Positions 9,072 through 19,664 of a DNA stretch of 36,411 nt are shown piece after piece (the stretch's first letter is position 1; every line of letters begins with the position of its first letter). Where the stretch lies: the NCBI GenBank assembly GCA_030167865.1, contig JALAGF010003503.1, positions 1-36,411 of the forward strand, given 5' to 3'. The position numbers and the translations under genes were made by a program. The notes under the pieces are model-generated. The model did no database searches. It had not been told where the DNA came from and was given only the letters and a program-made list of their open reading frames with translations. Source of the stretch: Craspedostauros australis. Lineage: Eukaryota.

Positions 9072-11616
9072 TCAAGGATTGTTCAGCCGCTCCGTCTTGA
9101 CCCGGGCCTGGCCATTGATGCTGCCGTCGAGATCGCCGAGTTTGCGCTTTCCTGATGTTCCGGTCCCATTCTGTGCCGTGGCTCTCGACAGCAGAGCGGC
9201 AGCTGCCGCGTTGGCATGGCTGTTGCCACCGCCCTGAAGGCTGGCCAGCGACGCTCCAGGCCCGAGAGCATTTGCGAGCGCAGAGTTCCCCGCTGTCTGT
9301 GCCAACAGCTGCTGTTGGAGCAAGGCGTCGTTGGCCATGCTGGACATGCTGTTGGTGAGAGCGCTCGCGCCGTTGACTGCGGCGTTGTTCTGCTGCAGCT
9401 GGTTGAGCGGGACGTTGAGTAGGGATGGATCCTGGTGCGGGATGTCGCCAGCCGCGACGAGGCTCAGGAAGTCCTCCACGCTGGAGTTGCGCTGGTTGAG
9501 ACCATCCTGCATGCGCAGCGCGGTCAGGCCCGTGCTGGAGTTATCCCGCAGTAGATTCGCAAGCGACATGGAGCTCGCGGCGTTGCCGGATCCCAGGAGG
9601 TTGCTCATGCTGTTGCTGCCCAGGCCTCCGGCTACTCCTTGCATGCTGGACATGCTCTGCAGGAGGTTGCTTAGGTTTGCGTTTGATGTCGGGATGCCAT
9701 CGTTGCTGTTGCTGTTGTTGCCGGGGTTGTTGCTATTGCTGTTGTTGCTGCCGTTCGCAGTGTTGTTGCTGCCATTGTTTGGCGCACCGGTTCCTGCGGC
9801 TGCGCCCGACGCACTGCCATTCTTCATGTTCTGAGATGACAGTGACCGCAGCAGACTCTGCATCCTGCCTGCGCTTGCCAAACGGCGCATGGCCTGCAGG
9901 GGGTTGCTGGAGGAGCCCGCGATGTCGCCGAACGCAGCGTTTTTCATGCCACTTTCTGGTGCCTGACCAACCGATCCTCCAGTCTGGATGAGGTTGGCGA
10001 GGTTATCGATGGACTGGATGCTTTGGAATTCCAGAGACATGAGGGCATCGAAACTGGTTTGACGCTCGAGCATGTTGGATAGCGAAGTCGATGACAGACC
10101 CTTATCGCGCGCAAGTTGGTTGAGCTGATCGCGAGAGAAGCCTGTCTTGAGCATGAAGTTGCTGAGGGAGTTTGTGCCACCTCCGAGTCCTGCCAATCGT
10201 GCGGCTGTTGTTGAGAGGTGTGACATGAAGAAGGCAACGAATTCGTTGATAGAGATAGATATGTATAATACAATGGCAGATTGGGTGAGTGTCTGTTCTG
10301 GACGCAACGATGGAGATTGCCACCAATCATGCAAAACTAAACTCTATGCGTAAGTTCACACACACACACGATACGACATGAAACTCACCTGACGCGGTGC
10401 GCGCAAGTTGCGCCAGCGTGGAGTTGGAACCAGAGCCGAGGCTCGCCGCTGCCAGCAGGTTCTGCGCCGAGTTGCCGCCCAGCCCGCTGAGCATGTTCTG
10501 ATGGCTGGTGCGTCGTTGCAGTTCCGCCATGGCCAACAAGCTCGCGTTGCCTTGTGCCGCCCCGAATGCAGCGTTGGTCGGCTTGCGGTTGTTGAGACTT
10601 CCCGAATTGAGGCCGCCGAGCAAGGCCCTTCCGGCAGCCGCGGCTCGGTTGTTGGTGACGGTGCTGCCGGCCAGGTTGGACGCGGCCATGGCTGCACCGG
10701 TGCCGTGCTTGTACCCCAGCGGTGGCTGCAACCACGGTGGGTTTGGCGGCTGCGCCATGGTGTTCATGAGGTTGTTCTGGTTCTTGACCAGCTGGTTGCT
10801 GGCGGCTGCGGATGCCACACCTGCGGCTGCGCCACCCCCGACACCCGATGACTTGACGCGGTTGGTCTGGGCCACGCGATCGAGGAATCTGCGCTCCAGC
10901 TCTGAGAGTTCCGCGCGGCTCTGCTGGATCTGCTCCGGCGTGAGCCTGTTGAGGTCGGCGGTTCTTCTGCGGAAGACCTGCTTTCCAATGCAGTTGCTGC
11001 CCACGAACTTCTTCGAGATGCGCATGGGGTCGCAGTTGAGGAGCTTCGAGAGGAAGGTGCGCAGCGTGGTGCCATCGGTCAGCGGGAGCAATCCCGCCTT
11101 GAACTCCTGGATGAGGCGGTTGGCGTATGCCTCCTCCTCAGGAGTCCACTTGCCCCTCCGCAACGGCGGTCCTTTCTTCTTGTTGGACGAGCCGCCTCCG
11201 GAGGACTGCGACATTCTCTGCGTCGGCTGCGAGGTCTGCTGGGCCATCGAGATGGGCAACCGATCGGGCTTGATGCCCTGGGTTCTGGCCATCAGCGCAT
11301 TCTGGGCCTGCTGCAAAGCAACGAGGTTCTGCATCTGGGCGTTCCTCATGTTGAGCTGCTGGGTTGGCATTTGGTTAGCCAACCGTCTCTGCTGCTGCTG
11401 CTGCTGTTGCTGCATTTGTTGTTGCTGCTGCATTTGTTGTTGTTGTTGCAGCAGTCCATTGGCGTTGGCCATGTTGTTATTGGCCTTTGCGTTGGCTGCC
11501 GCCGCTGCTGCTGCGTTCATCCGCTGGGGTGTCGTCAATCCGTCGGCTTGCGCCGCGCTCTGCGCCGCCTGCATGAGCAGGGACGGCATTGCGCCGCTGC
11601 GATTGTGGCGTATCAT
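9072..11616 (-). CDS. Stramenopile-type Myb-like putative transcription regulator with polyQ and N/S/A-rich low-complexity regions; exons 11616-10389 and 10204-9072, 786 aa
   Basis: Domain KKGPPLRRGKWTPEEEAYANRLIQEFKAGLLPLTDGTTLRTFLSKLLNCDPMRISKKFVGSNCIGK has a Myb-like GKWT.EE start and a CxPMRISKKF motif. Donor TCAG|GTGAGT at 10388 and acceptor CAACAG| at 10205 are both phase 1, joining ORFs 10327-11616 and 9072-10334 (ARTAS-A-ARLAG). C-terminal NLS-like GKRK. Confidence 0.85.
10205..10388 (-). other. Predicted 184-nt GT-AG intron
   Basis: Canonical donor and acceptor in compatible phase; more AT-rich than the flanking exons. Confidence 0.8.
11389..11448 (-). repeat. CAG/CAA polyglutamine tract (Q6-M-Q5-M-Q8-like) within the Myb-like gene
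   Basis: Direct reading of the sequence and its translation. Confidence 0.9.
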
Positions 11617-11628
11617 CGCGGAGCGTGG

Positions 11629-11817
11629 TTACATCATTCCATGATTGAAGAGGTGGAGCGCATTCGTGGCGTTCATGGATGGTTGCGTGGGCGATTGGGA
11701 ACGAGGGATGTGATGGTGTGAGAAGCAGAGGGACGAATCGATTCTGTGGTGACAGGGGCTTCCTCTTGGCGTCGTCATTCTGCTGGTTCCCGGTGGGCAC
11801 CTGGTGGCCATCTCCAT
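11629..11817 (-). promoter_or_regulatory. Candidate upstream ORF (62 aa) ending 12 nt before the Myb-like start codon
   Basis: ATG 11817 to TAA 11629, in the same frame as the main CDS. The transcription start is unknown. Confidence 0.3.
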
Positions 11818-13534
11818 TAGTCAGCAGAGCATTGTGGAGGGAATTGGTTCCATGAAAGCTGTTCTCTTGCCTCCTCTGATGCTGTTCTCTTGGTTGGTCC
11901 TTGCCTCATCCTCCCCTCCCCTGTTGGTTGCTTGTCTGCCTCGATGCATCATCCACACGATTGCGGACACAGATACGGATGCATTCGCATCCACACAAGC
12001 ATCCACTTCGTATGACATGAACGCCCTCTCTGGGTCATGGATCACTTACGTTCCACCATTGCATCCGTTGTCTCCGAAAGCCATTATTTTGTGAGATGCT
12101 CGCTCTGTCCAAGAGAAGAACCACTGTTGCAACTTCAATGAAGTCAATGGGGTATGTTGAGGTTGAGGTTGACGTTGAGGTTGATTTTGAAGACGATGTT
12201 CCTATTGTGCTACAGACACCAACTTTGTCGATTTTTGAGTTTGGTTCCCGCTCTGGGCTCTTCAAGGCGTTGTTCAGAAACCCCCAACCAAGGGAGAGAG
12301 GAACACAGACTCAACTTCCTTCCCCTTGCTGTGCGCAACGATGCGCTGTGTGCTGTACTTTGTCGCAGGCAGAATCAGCAACAGAATCGTTGAACTACTG
12401 GGTCGCCCTTCAACAACACCAACGTGTGCCTGTTGAAGTGTTCCCCTGTCTGGTGGGGGCCGAAATTCGTTCTTGCTCCACCCATTTGTGCGCGCTTTTG
12501 TGCCGTGGAAGCGCGCCATACGCGAAGAGCTTACGTACCGTGTGTACGTGCAGGTACGTGTACTGGTGGGAGAAGGCAGCTCCCCCGTTGTCTCTGTGTT
12601 GAGGACAAAATCCTGTTCCGTTTCTCTCTCTCTGTGTGCGTGGTGTTGGTGCCACATCTCATGGGCCTTTCGTGAGCGTTGGAAACACGCGCCGCCACCT
12701 TGCGTCCGAAGCGAGCGTTGCATTGCCCCACGTTGGGCGATATCTTGTCTCGTTGTTCCACAAACTGCTTGTATCGCGGTGACGTTTTGCGTTTCTTTCG
12801 TCCAATCTCCTCGTACGGCCACGTACTGTAGTGATCGCTTGTCTGTAAGTTTGGGCATGGTGGTGCCCCAACGATCTTGCATGTATCCACACAGACACAA
12901 GTCGCGGCTACCTGCAATTATGGAAAGTTCGCATTTTGACCATGATGCGACATGCACTGTCATCTCGAAGAATGCACGCGAAAACCGCTTGGCGCGGACA
13001 CATTTAGTCTGGCAATAGTCTTCGTTTGTCGTGAGGAGCAAAGACTTCGTGACAAAAGTCTCTGTGTCGTTCAACGACTACATCTGTCGCAGTCTTGTGT
13101 GCTGCTTCAGTCACGCATGGGATTGTGCCGGAACAGTGACGTCACGACGACAGGCAAGGCGTTCAACAACAAGTGAACAACAAGAGAGAACAACTCCGAC
13201 CCCATTTTTCGGCTAAAACAGCGTCATGCATCACATGTGTCCACTCGAGGAACCAACGTCGAATGATGCGTCCAGGTCGACAAAGCATCTGTGATTTGGA
13301 CTCTGTGGCACCATCCATGCGTCGCCCAAATGAGTGCCAAAGGAAATCGTGGACATGGGCAACAACAACACCAGTAGAGTAGTTGCCACAACTCTCCATT
13401 TAACGCGCATCAGTTCGAATGGTACGCAACCATGGCCAAGACGCCTGCCACGACCAACATCGCTGGATTCTGGGGCACTCCTCCGTACCATCGCACACCC
13501 ACATCTCGCAACGATTTCTCTACCCCCATGTACA

Positions 13535-15064
13535 TCACGTTTCATTGGTGAGCGGACACTTGCCATCCACTTCAGGGAAGGTGCTGCGACCGAACCTCTT
13601 CCACCACAACAGATACCTGTGCTTGCCGGGATTGCGTCTGCCGTCCAAGTGGCCATTGTGAAAGATGTCGAGATCCATACCATGGTCGCCCATGAACCAG
13701 GACCGATTCGGTGCGAGCACGGCGGCTGGAATCGTCACGGCGATCTGGTCGTCAAACTCGCGGTGCAACGGGTTGTCGCTGATCAGTGTCTGCACCCACT
13801 GCTGCACCTTTGGCGATCGGTAGAAGTCGAGATCCGTGACATGAAAGAAACCATGGACTTGCGTGAATGGTGGCGTGGGGCATGGCCTGTTCAGAGTGAT
13901 GACCATGAGATGCCCATCCTCCACTGCGATGCCGCAAACGTGATCGCCGAAGGTCTCGTGGACGCGGTCTGGGATGTTCTGACCGATGGTTCGTCCGGCC
14001 GGGAAGTTGAGGAACAGGAGTCTGAGATCGTTCTGCAGCATGGCGGCAACGGGATCGTGCTTCCAAACCCTCGTGGAGAATGCATCCGAATCCATCCACA
14101 TCATCGTTTTGTATGGCGCGAGGGCCGCGTGCGTCCACAGATACTTGGCTCGGAATTCGGCCTGCCAATTGTACGAGATGCGTTGATAATTCAACGGCTC
14201 GTGACAAGACATGTTCCAGCGCAGCTCTTCGATTGTGCTGACACGACATCGTTCCAGCGTCAGTTGCTGCACTTCCGGCGTGTACGCGCGGACCATCTCA
14301 TGCAGGCCAGGATTGTCGATGACGACGGCAACTTTGACTGGCTTCAACATCTGTCGCAGATCTTCGATGTCTTGTTCTGGAATCTCCCTGGACGTGAAGA
14401 TGATGATGTCGTACAGCGGCCGGTTGTTGTATGCGTAGTGCATGAGACAGAAGCTCTGCTTGATGGCATCCCAGGCAAAAACGCTCTGGATTTTGGTGAC
14501 GATGACGACGCCTTCGTGATGTTCGAACGGCGCGTACGATCTGACGGTGGTTGTGGGATGGGCCTGGTTCGATTCATTATGCGACGTGACATGGGCCATC
14601 TGTGTTGCAATATCAATAGATGTTGCATTGCCGTGCTCGCCATCGCCATGAGCTTGTGGGGATTGTTGATGCTGTGCATGTGCCTGCGTCTGCGTCTGCG
14701 AATTCGAGTGTGCTGCATGCGTCTCGTTCATCTCGGGAAGGCTACGATTCCCTAACCTTCCTCGCGTCGGATTGCTTGACTTGCTGTCAATGATGGATTC
14801 ATCCAACGATACCGGAACATCAAAACCGCCTGCAGAGGGATGAAGCAAGGCCTTATGCGTATTGATGATGGTACACACATGGAAGACCGCCGCGATTCCC
14901 ACCAGCATCAAGCTGGACACCAAACTTGACGACAGACCTCTGCTCGATTTGGTGCGCAATGGTGCTCCTGGTGGAGCCCGTGTCATTGCTTGCGTGGACG
15001 CCCCATCTGCAATGTCCAGCTTCAACTTTGCGTCATTTGATTGCTGTTGTTGCATCATCGTCAT
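13535..15064 (-). CDS. Type II membrane glycosyltransferase, GT15 (Kre2/Mnt1 alpha-1,2-mannosyltransferase)-like
   Basis: Likely start ATG 15064 (509 aa). TM LVSSLMLVGIAAVFHVCTIINT, then a His/Gln-rich stem. YNWQAEFRAKYLWTHAALAPYKTMMWMDSDAF (DxD), FHVTDLDFYRS and REFDDQ parallel the GT15 motifs Y..MC.F...HP.L..Y, NFE...L.F.RS and RWGDA. Confidence 0.75.
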   Translation of the reverse strand: MTMMQQQQSNDAKLKLDIADGASTQAMTRAPPGAPLRTKSSRGLSSSLVSSLMLVGIAAVFHVCTIINTHKALLHPSAGGFDVPVSLDESIIDSKSSNPTRGRLGNRSLPEMNETHAAHSNSQTQTQAHAQHQQSPQAHGDGEHGNATSIDIATQMAHVTSHNESNQAHPTTTVRSYAPFEHHEGVVIVTKIQSVFAWDAIKQSFCLMHYAYNNRPLYDIIIFTSREIPEQDIEDLRQMLKPVKVAVVIDNPGLHEMVRAYTPEVQQLTLERCRVSTIEELRWNMSCHEPLNYQRISYNWQAEFRAKYLWTHAALAPYKTMMWMDSDAFSTRVWKHDPVAAMLQNDLRLLFLNFPAGRTIGQNIPDRVHETFGDHVCGIAVEDGHLMVITLNRPCPTPPFTQVHGFFHVTDLDFYRSPKVQQWVQTLISDNPLHREFDDQIAVTIPAAVLAPNRSWFMGDHGMDLDIFHNGHLDGRRNPGKHRYLLWWKRFGRSTFPEVDGKCPLTNET

Positions 15065-15643
15065 CCCCTTGCGACAGACTTTGCGATGATCAAAGCTGAT
15101 GCATGTGTGGACCAGACGGGTACTCGTGCGATGCGCTGGTATGGTAATACGATTGTTGTTGTGCGAGGAAGATCTTCGTTGGTGTTGGTGTTTCCATCCG
15201 TTTTTTTTTTGCGTTTTCGGCATTCTTCTCACATTGACAACTGTTATATATGTTTATTTTACCGCTAATAACAGTTTTGTTTGCGGCATAATGTGTATAA
15301 TCTGTATTATGGACACTTCGAATCTGGAAGATACAAGACTCAAACAACCTGGAGTCTTGGATCAGGATCTCTGCGACAATGTGAACACGCAACAAGGACC
15401 ATCACACGGCAAATGACAGAAGGGCAAAGGCGACGATGGTCGCAACAACAGCATGGCGACGGCAGCGGCAGCGGCAAATACAGATACAGACACATCACAC
15501 CGCAACGCACCCGCACGACTACCGTACTCTACCAATTTATATCGTATTCTGCAATTGGAGGAACTGAAGCATCTACGCTGTGGACGTCTCGTGTACGCAA
15601 CGCTCCCTTCTATCGTGGCATCAAAGATATCACATCGCCAATC

Positions 15644-16624
15644 ATGAGAGGAACAGGAATTCAAACGTGGATCATCACGCTGTTGCTTGCCCAGGCGTTC
15701 ATCTCATCCAACCAGCGAGGCGCCGTGGCACTGGCGCGACCGACCGCTATCGAGCAGTTCAAAGCACCCAACGCACGCACCACTAAGGATCTCATCGAAC
15801 AATGGAAGAAGTCCGACGCGGCCCTGTGGTCGTACGTAGATGAGCACGTTCCGGACGTGCTGGAGCACACGGGAAGCTCCGTCTTCGATGAGCATCTCAA
15901 GGGCGTGCAGGCCGTGTTGCGGCATTGGGGCGCGCCGGTCCATCTGCAATCGGCGGGCTTATTTCACAGCATCTACGGGACGGAAGGATTCCAAGGCTTC
16001 AGCCTGCCGCTGTCGCAACGACAAGTCATCCAGGAGCTGATCGGTCCACGTGCCGAACGGCTGTGTTTTTGGTTCTGCATGGTGGATCGATGGACGTTTG
16101 ATGAGACGGTGTTGGACTGGGGGGAAGCCGACGGCACTACAACGGCAACTGAATCAACGTCAACGACGACGCAAATAGATCATAGGTTCACGCTGCGGAG
16201 CCGGCCGGAGCTGGGGCGGTTCGAAATGCACTTGGATAAGGAGGAATGGCTTGACTTCATGGAGCTGACGCTCGCGGATTGGATGGAGCAGGTGGAGGGC
16301 GCAGCGGAGATGCCGTCGAAGCTCTTTCACTGGAAGACGGGTGAGGCATTTGCGTACCGGAGGTTGGCATATCGCAAGATGAGCAAGATTCTGGCGTCGC
16401 AGCGGCCGGGGCGTTTGGGCACGGTGGTACCTGCGACGTTGGAGGCCGTGATGGGGACGGAGGCCGCGAACACCCAGCACCTCGTGCAGTCGCGCACGCC
16501 ACCCATGTCCGAGGCTGCGGCTGCTGCATTGGAGGCACTGAGATCCGCCGGGTACGATCTGCCGATTGACATGTCGCCGCAACCGCACAGCGAATTGAGA
16601 GAGTGCGACAACGCAGCAGTCTGA
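15644..16624 (+). CDS. DUF6817-like (HD-related) protein with N-terminal signal peptide
   Basis: Likely start ATG 15644 (326 aa, MRGTGIQTWIITLLLAQAFISS). Motif HTGSSVFDEHLKGVQAVLRHWGAPVHLQSAGLFHSIYGTEGF...LIGPRAERL is typical of DUF6817. Divergent from the GT15-like gene across about 580 bp. Confidence 0.75.
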   Translation: MRGTGIQTWIITLLLAQAFISSNQRGAVALARPTAIEQFKAPNARTTKDLIEQWKKSDAALWSYVDEHVPDVLEHTGSSVFDEHLKGVQAVLRHWGAPVHLQSAGLFHSIYGTEGFQGFSLPLSQRQVIQELIGPRAERLCFWFCMVDRWTFDETVLDWGEADGTTTATESTSTTTQIDHRFTLRSRPELGRFEMHLDKEEWLDFMELTLADWMEQVEGAAEMPSKLFHWKTGEAFAYRRLAYRKMSKILASQRPGRLGTVVPATLEAVMGTEAANTQHLVQSRTPPMSEAAAAALEALRSAGYDLPIDMSPQPHSELRECDNAAV

Positions 16625-18314
16625 TATTTGTTGGCATCAGCAGCGAGGATCTGATGCGTCGAGTGGCACGATACAGAAAAAAGGGAGAGAGAGAGACCAC
16701 AACCGCATGCAATCCGACTGGGAATACTCTGCTCTTTTTTGTTCTGTTCCGGAGACTACCACTCAACATAAATACCCACCGTACGTATTACCAAATACCA
16801 CCAGACACAACGATGGTTCTTCTGCCGTCGTCAATTTCGGAAGATACTCTGTGGCACCCCTCGAGTATCCGTGTCCATGTCCATACCTATGGAGCACAAC
16901 AGCAGAGCCATCATGCACCACCACTCCACGAGCTAAACCACAACCAAGACTCTTGTTGCTTCGAAGTCGCGGACAGCTCCTCCTCAGATCCGCGCAAGAC
17001 TACAACGGTGTGTTGAATGGAGCATCATCCAATAAATGCTTCTCTCTTTCTGCATGGTCACGATCTTGGGGTGCACCATGTGGGGTATGTTGGGCGTGTT
17101 GGGGATGGTGCTTTGTCCTTCACGATTGACCCACCATCACCGTTGCCGTTGATTTTTGGCCAGAAGTGTTGAAGGTCTCGTCTGCTGCGGAGAGTTCGCC
17201 TTCTGCGCATGTGCGTGGCTGCACGTTTTTATTCCACCATGAGCGAATCATCAACGTCTGTTGTATGAAAAGCGAACCTCCTTCAAGAGTGTAACGAACG
17301 ACGAACAAGAGACGCTAGCGGCGGTCTGAGCGGGATCACCCCACAAACACGCACCTCTGGGAAGTTTCCGTGGGGGGTAGCGCAGCGTTTTCACAGGTAC
17401 ATACCCCTGTTGCAAAAAGAATAGAACAGCGGATCACTCTGGTGCTCCTTGCCGTGGCTGTACAAGTACGAAGAATCCCTCCTGGTGCGGCTGTGACGAT
17501 AGGTACTCCTCCTGCAAGTTGTGGTGAGTCACGAAATGGGGAGTCTTCTCCTCCTGGGGCCTTCATCTCGGCTGCAGTATGGGGGCTAGACTGGATTGGG
17601 CGATCGACAACTTCGCTTCCTCTGAGGGGAGAGGAGTGGTAGCAGGACGAGCACGAGTACCAATGGAGTATGCTGATGTTGATGGCGATGGCGAGAGGTG
17701 GCGACAAGATTCATCTGTCCTCTGTGAGCATGGAGCGTGGTACTTACTGTTGGCACGATCGACGAATGATGGCAATGCTGGCATGCTTGCGCTTGGAATC
17801 GCTTCTGTGATCTCTTCTTCTGGACAAACGAAAGCACGATCTTGCTGCCGCACCGCCAACTTTGCCTTTGAGAGCAAGCGCCTGTCGCCCTTGGAATCGA
17901 GCAGCACATATGCGAATGGGCGCTACGCCATTGCTTGCAATTGTCTAGCAAAGAGACCAACTGGCGCGGGCATGTATGACAGAGTACATCGTATGCCCTG
18001 CCATACTTCAGAGCAGCCCGTTCCACAAGCGCGCTGCTGACGTCAATGATAGATCGAAAGGAAAAGACGAGCACGGCAGTTGCAACATGGATAGCTCGTA
18101 ATCGCATGATAGATGTTGAGACAGACACACAGAGGGAAAAGAAAATGGCGCACTGTGGTGGCCATGGTGCGGCGTGGTGACATGACTCTACAGAGCCTAG
18201 TTTACAGACATTTGAGCAGTGTATGAACGCGAAGTAGATATCCATGTAGGCATGTTAGCTGCTGCTTGATGCAGCACCGCAGTAGCTTGCCTTGCCTTGT
18301 ATTGCCTTGAATTC

Positions 18315-19664
18315 TCACGCAGCCGGGGCTACCGACGAGGTGATCCAGTTGAAGAATCCACAGAGGACGTTCACTTGCAACGTCCCTATGACGTCTGGCC
18401 CCGACGAATGGTGAGGGTACCTGCTGTATGCCCGAAGGAGCAAGTTGAGGTACTCCAGATTGACTCGATCCGGCGATGGGGATCGGGATCGGATCATCTC
18501 TCCACCTGCCCCATGCGCAGCTGTCTTGGACAGGATGACCGCAGCACGGTTGTTCGTGGCAAGGATGTGTAAGAGCCATAGCGTGTCACTCAACGAAGAT
18601 GTCTCCGCTTCTGTCGCTGCCATGACTTGCGTTGTTTGTGTTTCCGACATAGCAATCCCATCTTGCATGCTCGCCAATGACGATGGCGATGATGGCGACA
18701 ACGATGAGGAAGAGGCGGATGCCAATGCTGGCCCAGGGAACTCACTGTCATGATGCTGTTGCAGTGTCTGCAGATACGCCGATACATGATGAGAAGAGCA
18801 GTGGATGACTCGACCGTAGAGCGCAAGAGCCCGTTGCTCTGCGTGCGTGCGGGTCTTGCTGTGCTGTGGGAAGTGCGATGCACGCAACTGGTATATGGCG
18901 GCGATGTTGAAGATTATGCACGCCGTGCACACCGACAGAACGTCATCATCAACCTGTGTTAGTGTTGGTGTTGGTGTTGCGTCGTCGACCCCGATAGTAC
19001 CCTCCTCATTGTCTTCTTCTCCATTCCCAACGCTGAGCTTGAAAAAGTCATAAAATGAGACGAAGATGGGATCCTGGCGTTGATCTTGACTGGCTTGGAT
19101 GGGTGTTCTGGAAACGTGGAGGGTGCACGGTGATGGATTGTCGCTAACGACAGGCATCAGTGCTGTCGCTTGTGCCGTTGTTGTCGTCGTTGTTGTGGCT
19201 GGTGCGGACTTTGGCATTGGCGAATTTGGCAGTACTCCGACCTTCTTCAATCCCTGGAGTGCTTGGGTGAAGAAATGCATTGACTGGCCATAGTGCCGCT
19301 CTCTGCCGTTCCGAATACCTTGGTCGTTCCACCCCAGGTAAACCTCCAATTCGGACTGTTGCGTAGGATCACGAGTTCCGCAGTCGCCCATGTGTCCTTG
19401 ACCAACGTCAGCATTGGCATCGACCTGCGCTGCGGCAGAAACAGTGGTCACTGTTGCTTTGCTGTCATTGGCGCATGATTTCTCTTGCTTCTTGATGGAT
19501 TTGCGACAACCATCGTCCTGCGTTGGAGGTGCGCTGTTGTTGTCATCTCCCGAGCACTTACTTGCATGAGTACTTGCGGCGCTTGGAGCAGTGCTGTTGA
19601 CTACTGATGCTGATGCTGATACCATTGTTGTTGCTGTTGCCGTTGTTGTGGTTGTTGATGTCAT
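18315..19664 (-). CDS. Uncharacterised diatom-type TPR-like helical protein (family ending in AxAA)
   Basis: 449-aa ORF. Motifs WNDQG...FFTQALQGL, TACIIFNIAAIYQ, RALALY, ILATNNRA and C-terminal N...VAPAA, separated by low-complexity linkers. Confidence 0.75.
   Translation of the reverse strand: MTSTTTTTATATTMVSASASVVNSTAPSAASTHASKCSGDDNNSAPPTQDDGCRKSIKKQEKSCANDSKATVTTVSAAAQVDANADVGQGHMGDCGTRDPTQQSELEVYLGWNDQGIRNGRERHYGQSMHFFTQALQGLKKVGVLPNSPMPKSAPATTTTTTTAQATALMPVVSDNPSPCTLHVSRTPIQASQDQRQDPIFVSFYDFFKLSVGNGEEDNEEGTIGVDDATPTPTLTQVDDDVLSVCTACIIFNIAAIYQLRASHFPQHSKTRTHAEQRALALYGRVIHCSSHHVSAYLQTLQQHHDSEFPGPALASASSSSLSPSSPSSLASMQDGIAMSETQTTQVMAATEAETSSLSDTLWLLHILATNNRAAVILSKTAAHGAGGEMIRSRSPSPDRVNLEYLNLLLRAYSRYPHHSSGPDVIGTLQVNVLCGFFNWITSSVAPAA

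Noticed and set aside
12096-13400. Overlapping ORFs of 60-266 aa upstream of the Myb-like gene
   Set aside because: No codon bias or motifs; more likely a long regulatory or intergenic region.
13334-14755. 473-aa plus-strand ORF (likewise 3784-4476, 10508-11644, 24162-24935, 28988-29875)
   Set aside because: Each lies antisense to a real gene; strong codon bias suppresses stops on the opposite strand, and none has a recognisable motif.
15281-15643. N-terminal extensions of the longest ORFs (also 15065-15232, 25248-25781, 30332-30544, 6571-6645)
   Set aside because: They begin at non-ATG or poor starts and have non-coding composition; downstream ATGs give a proper signal peptide or family start.
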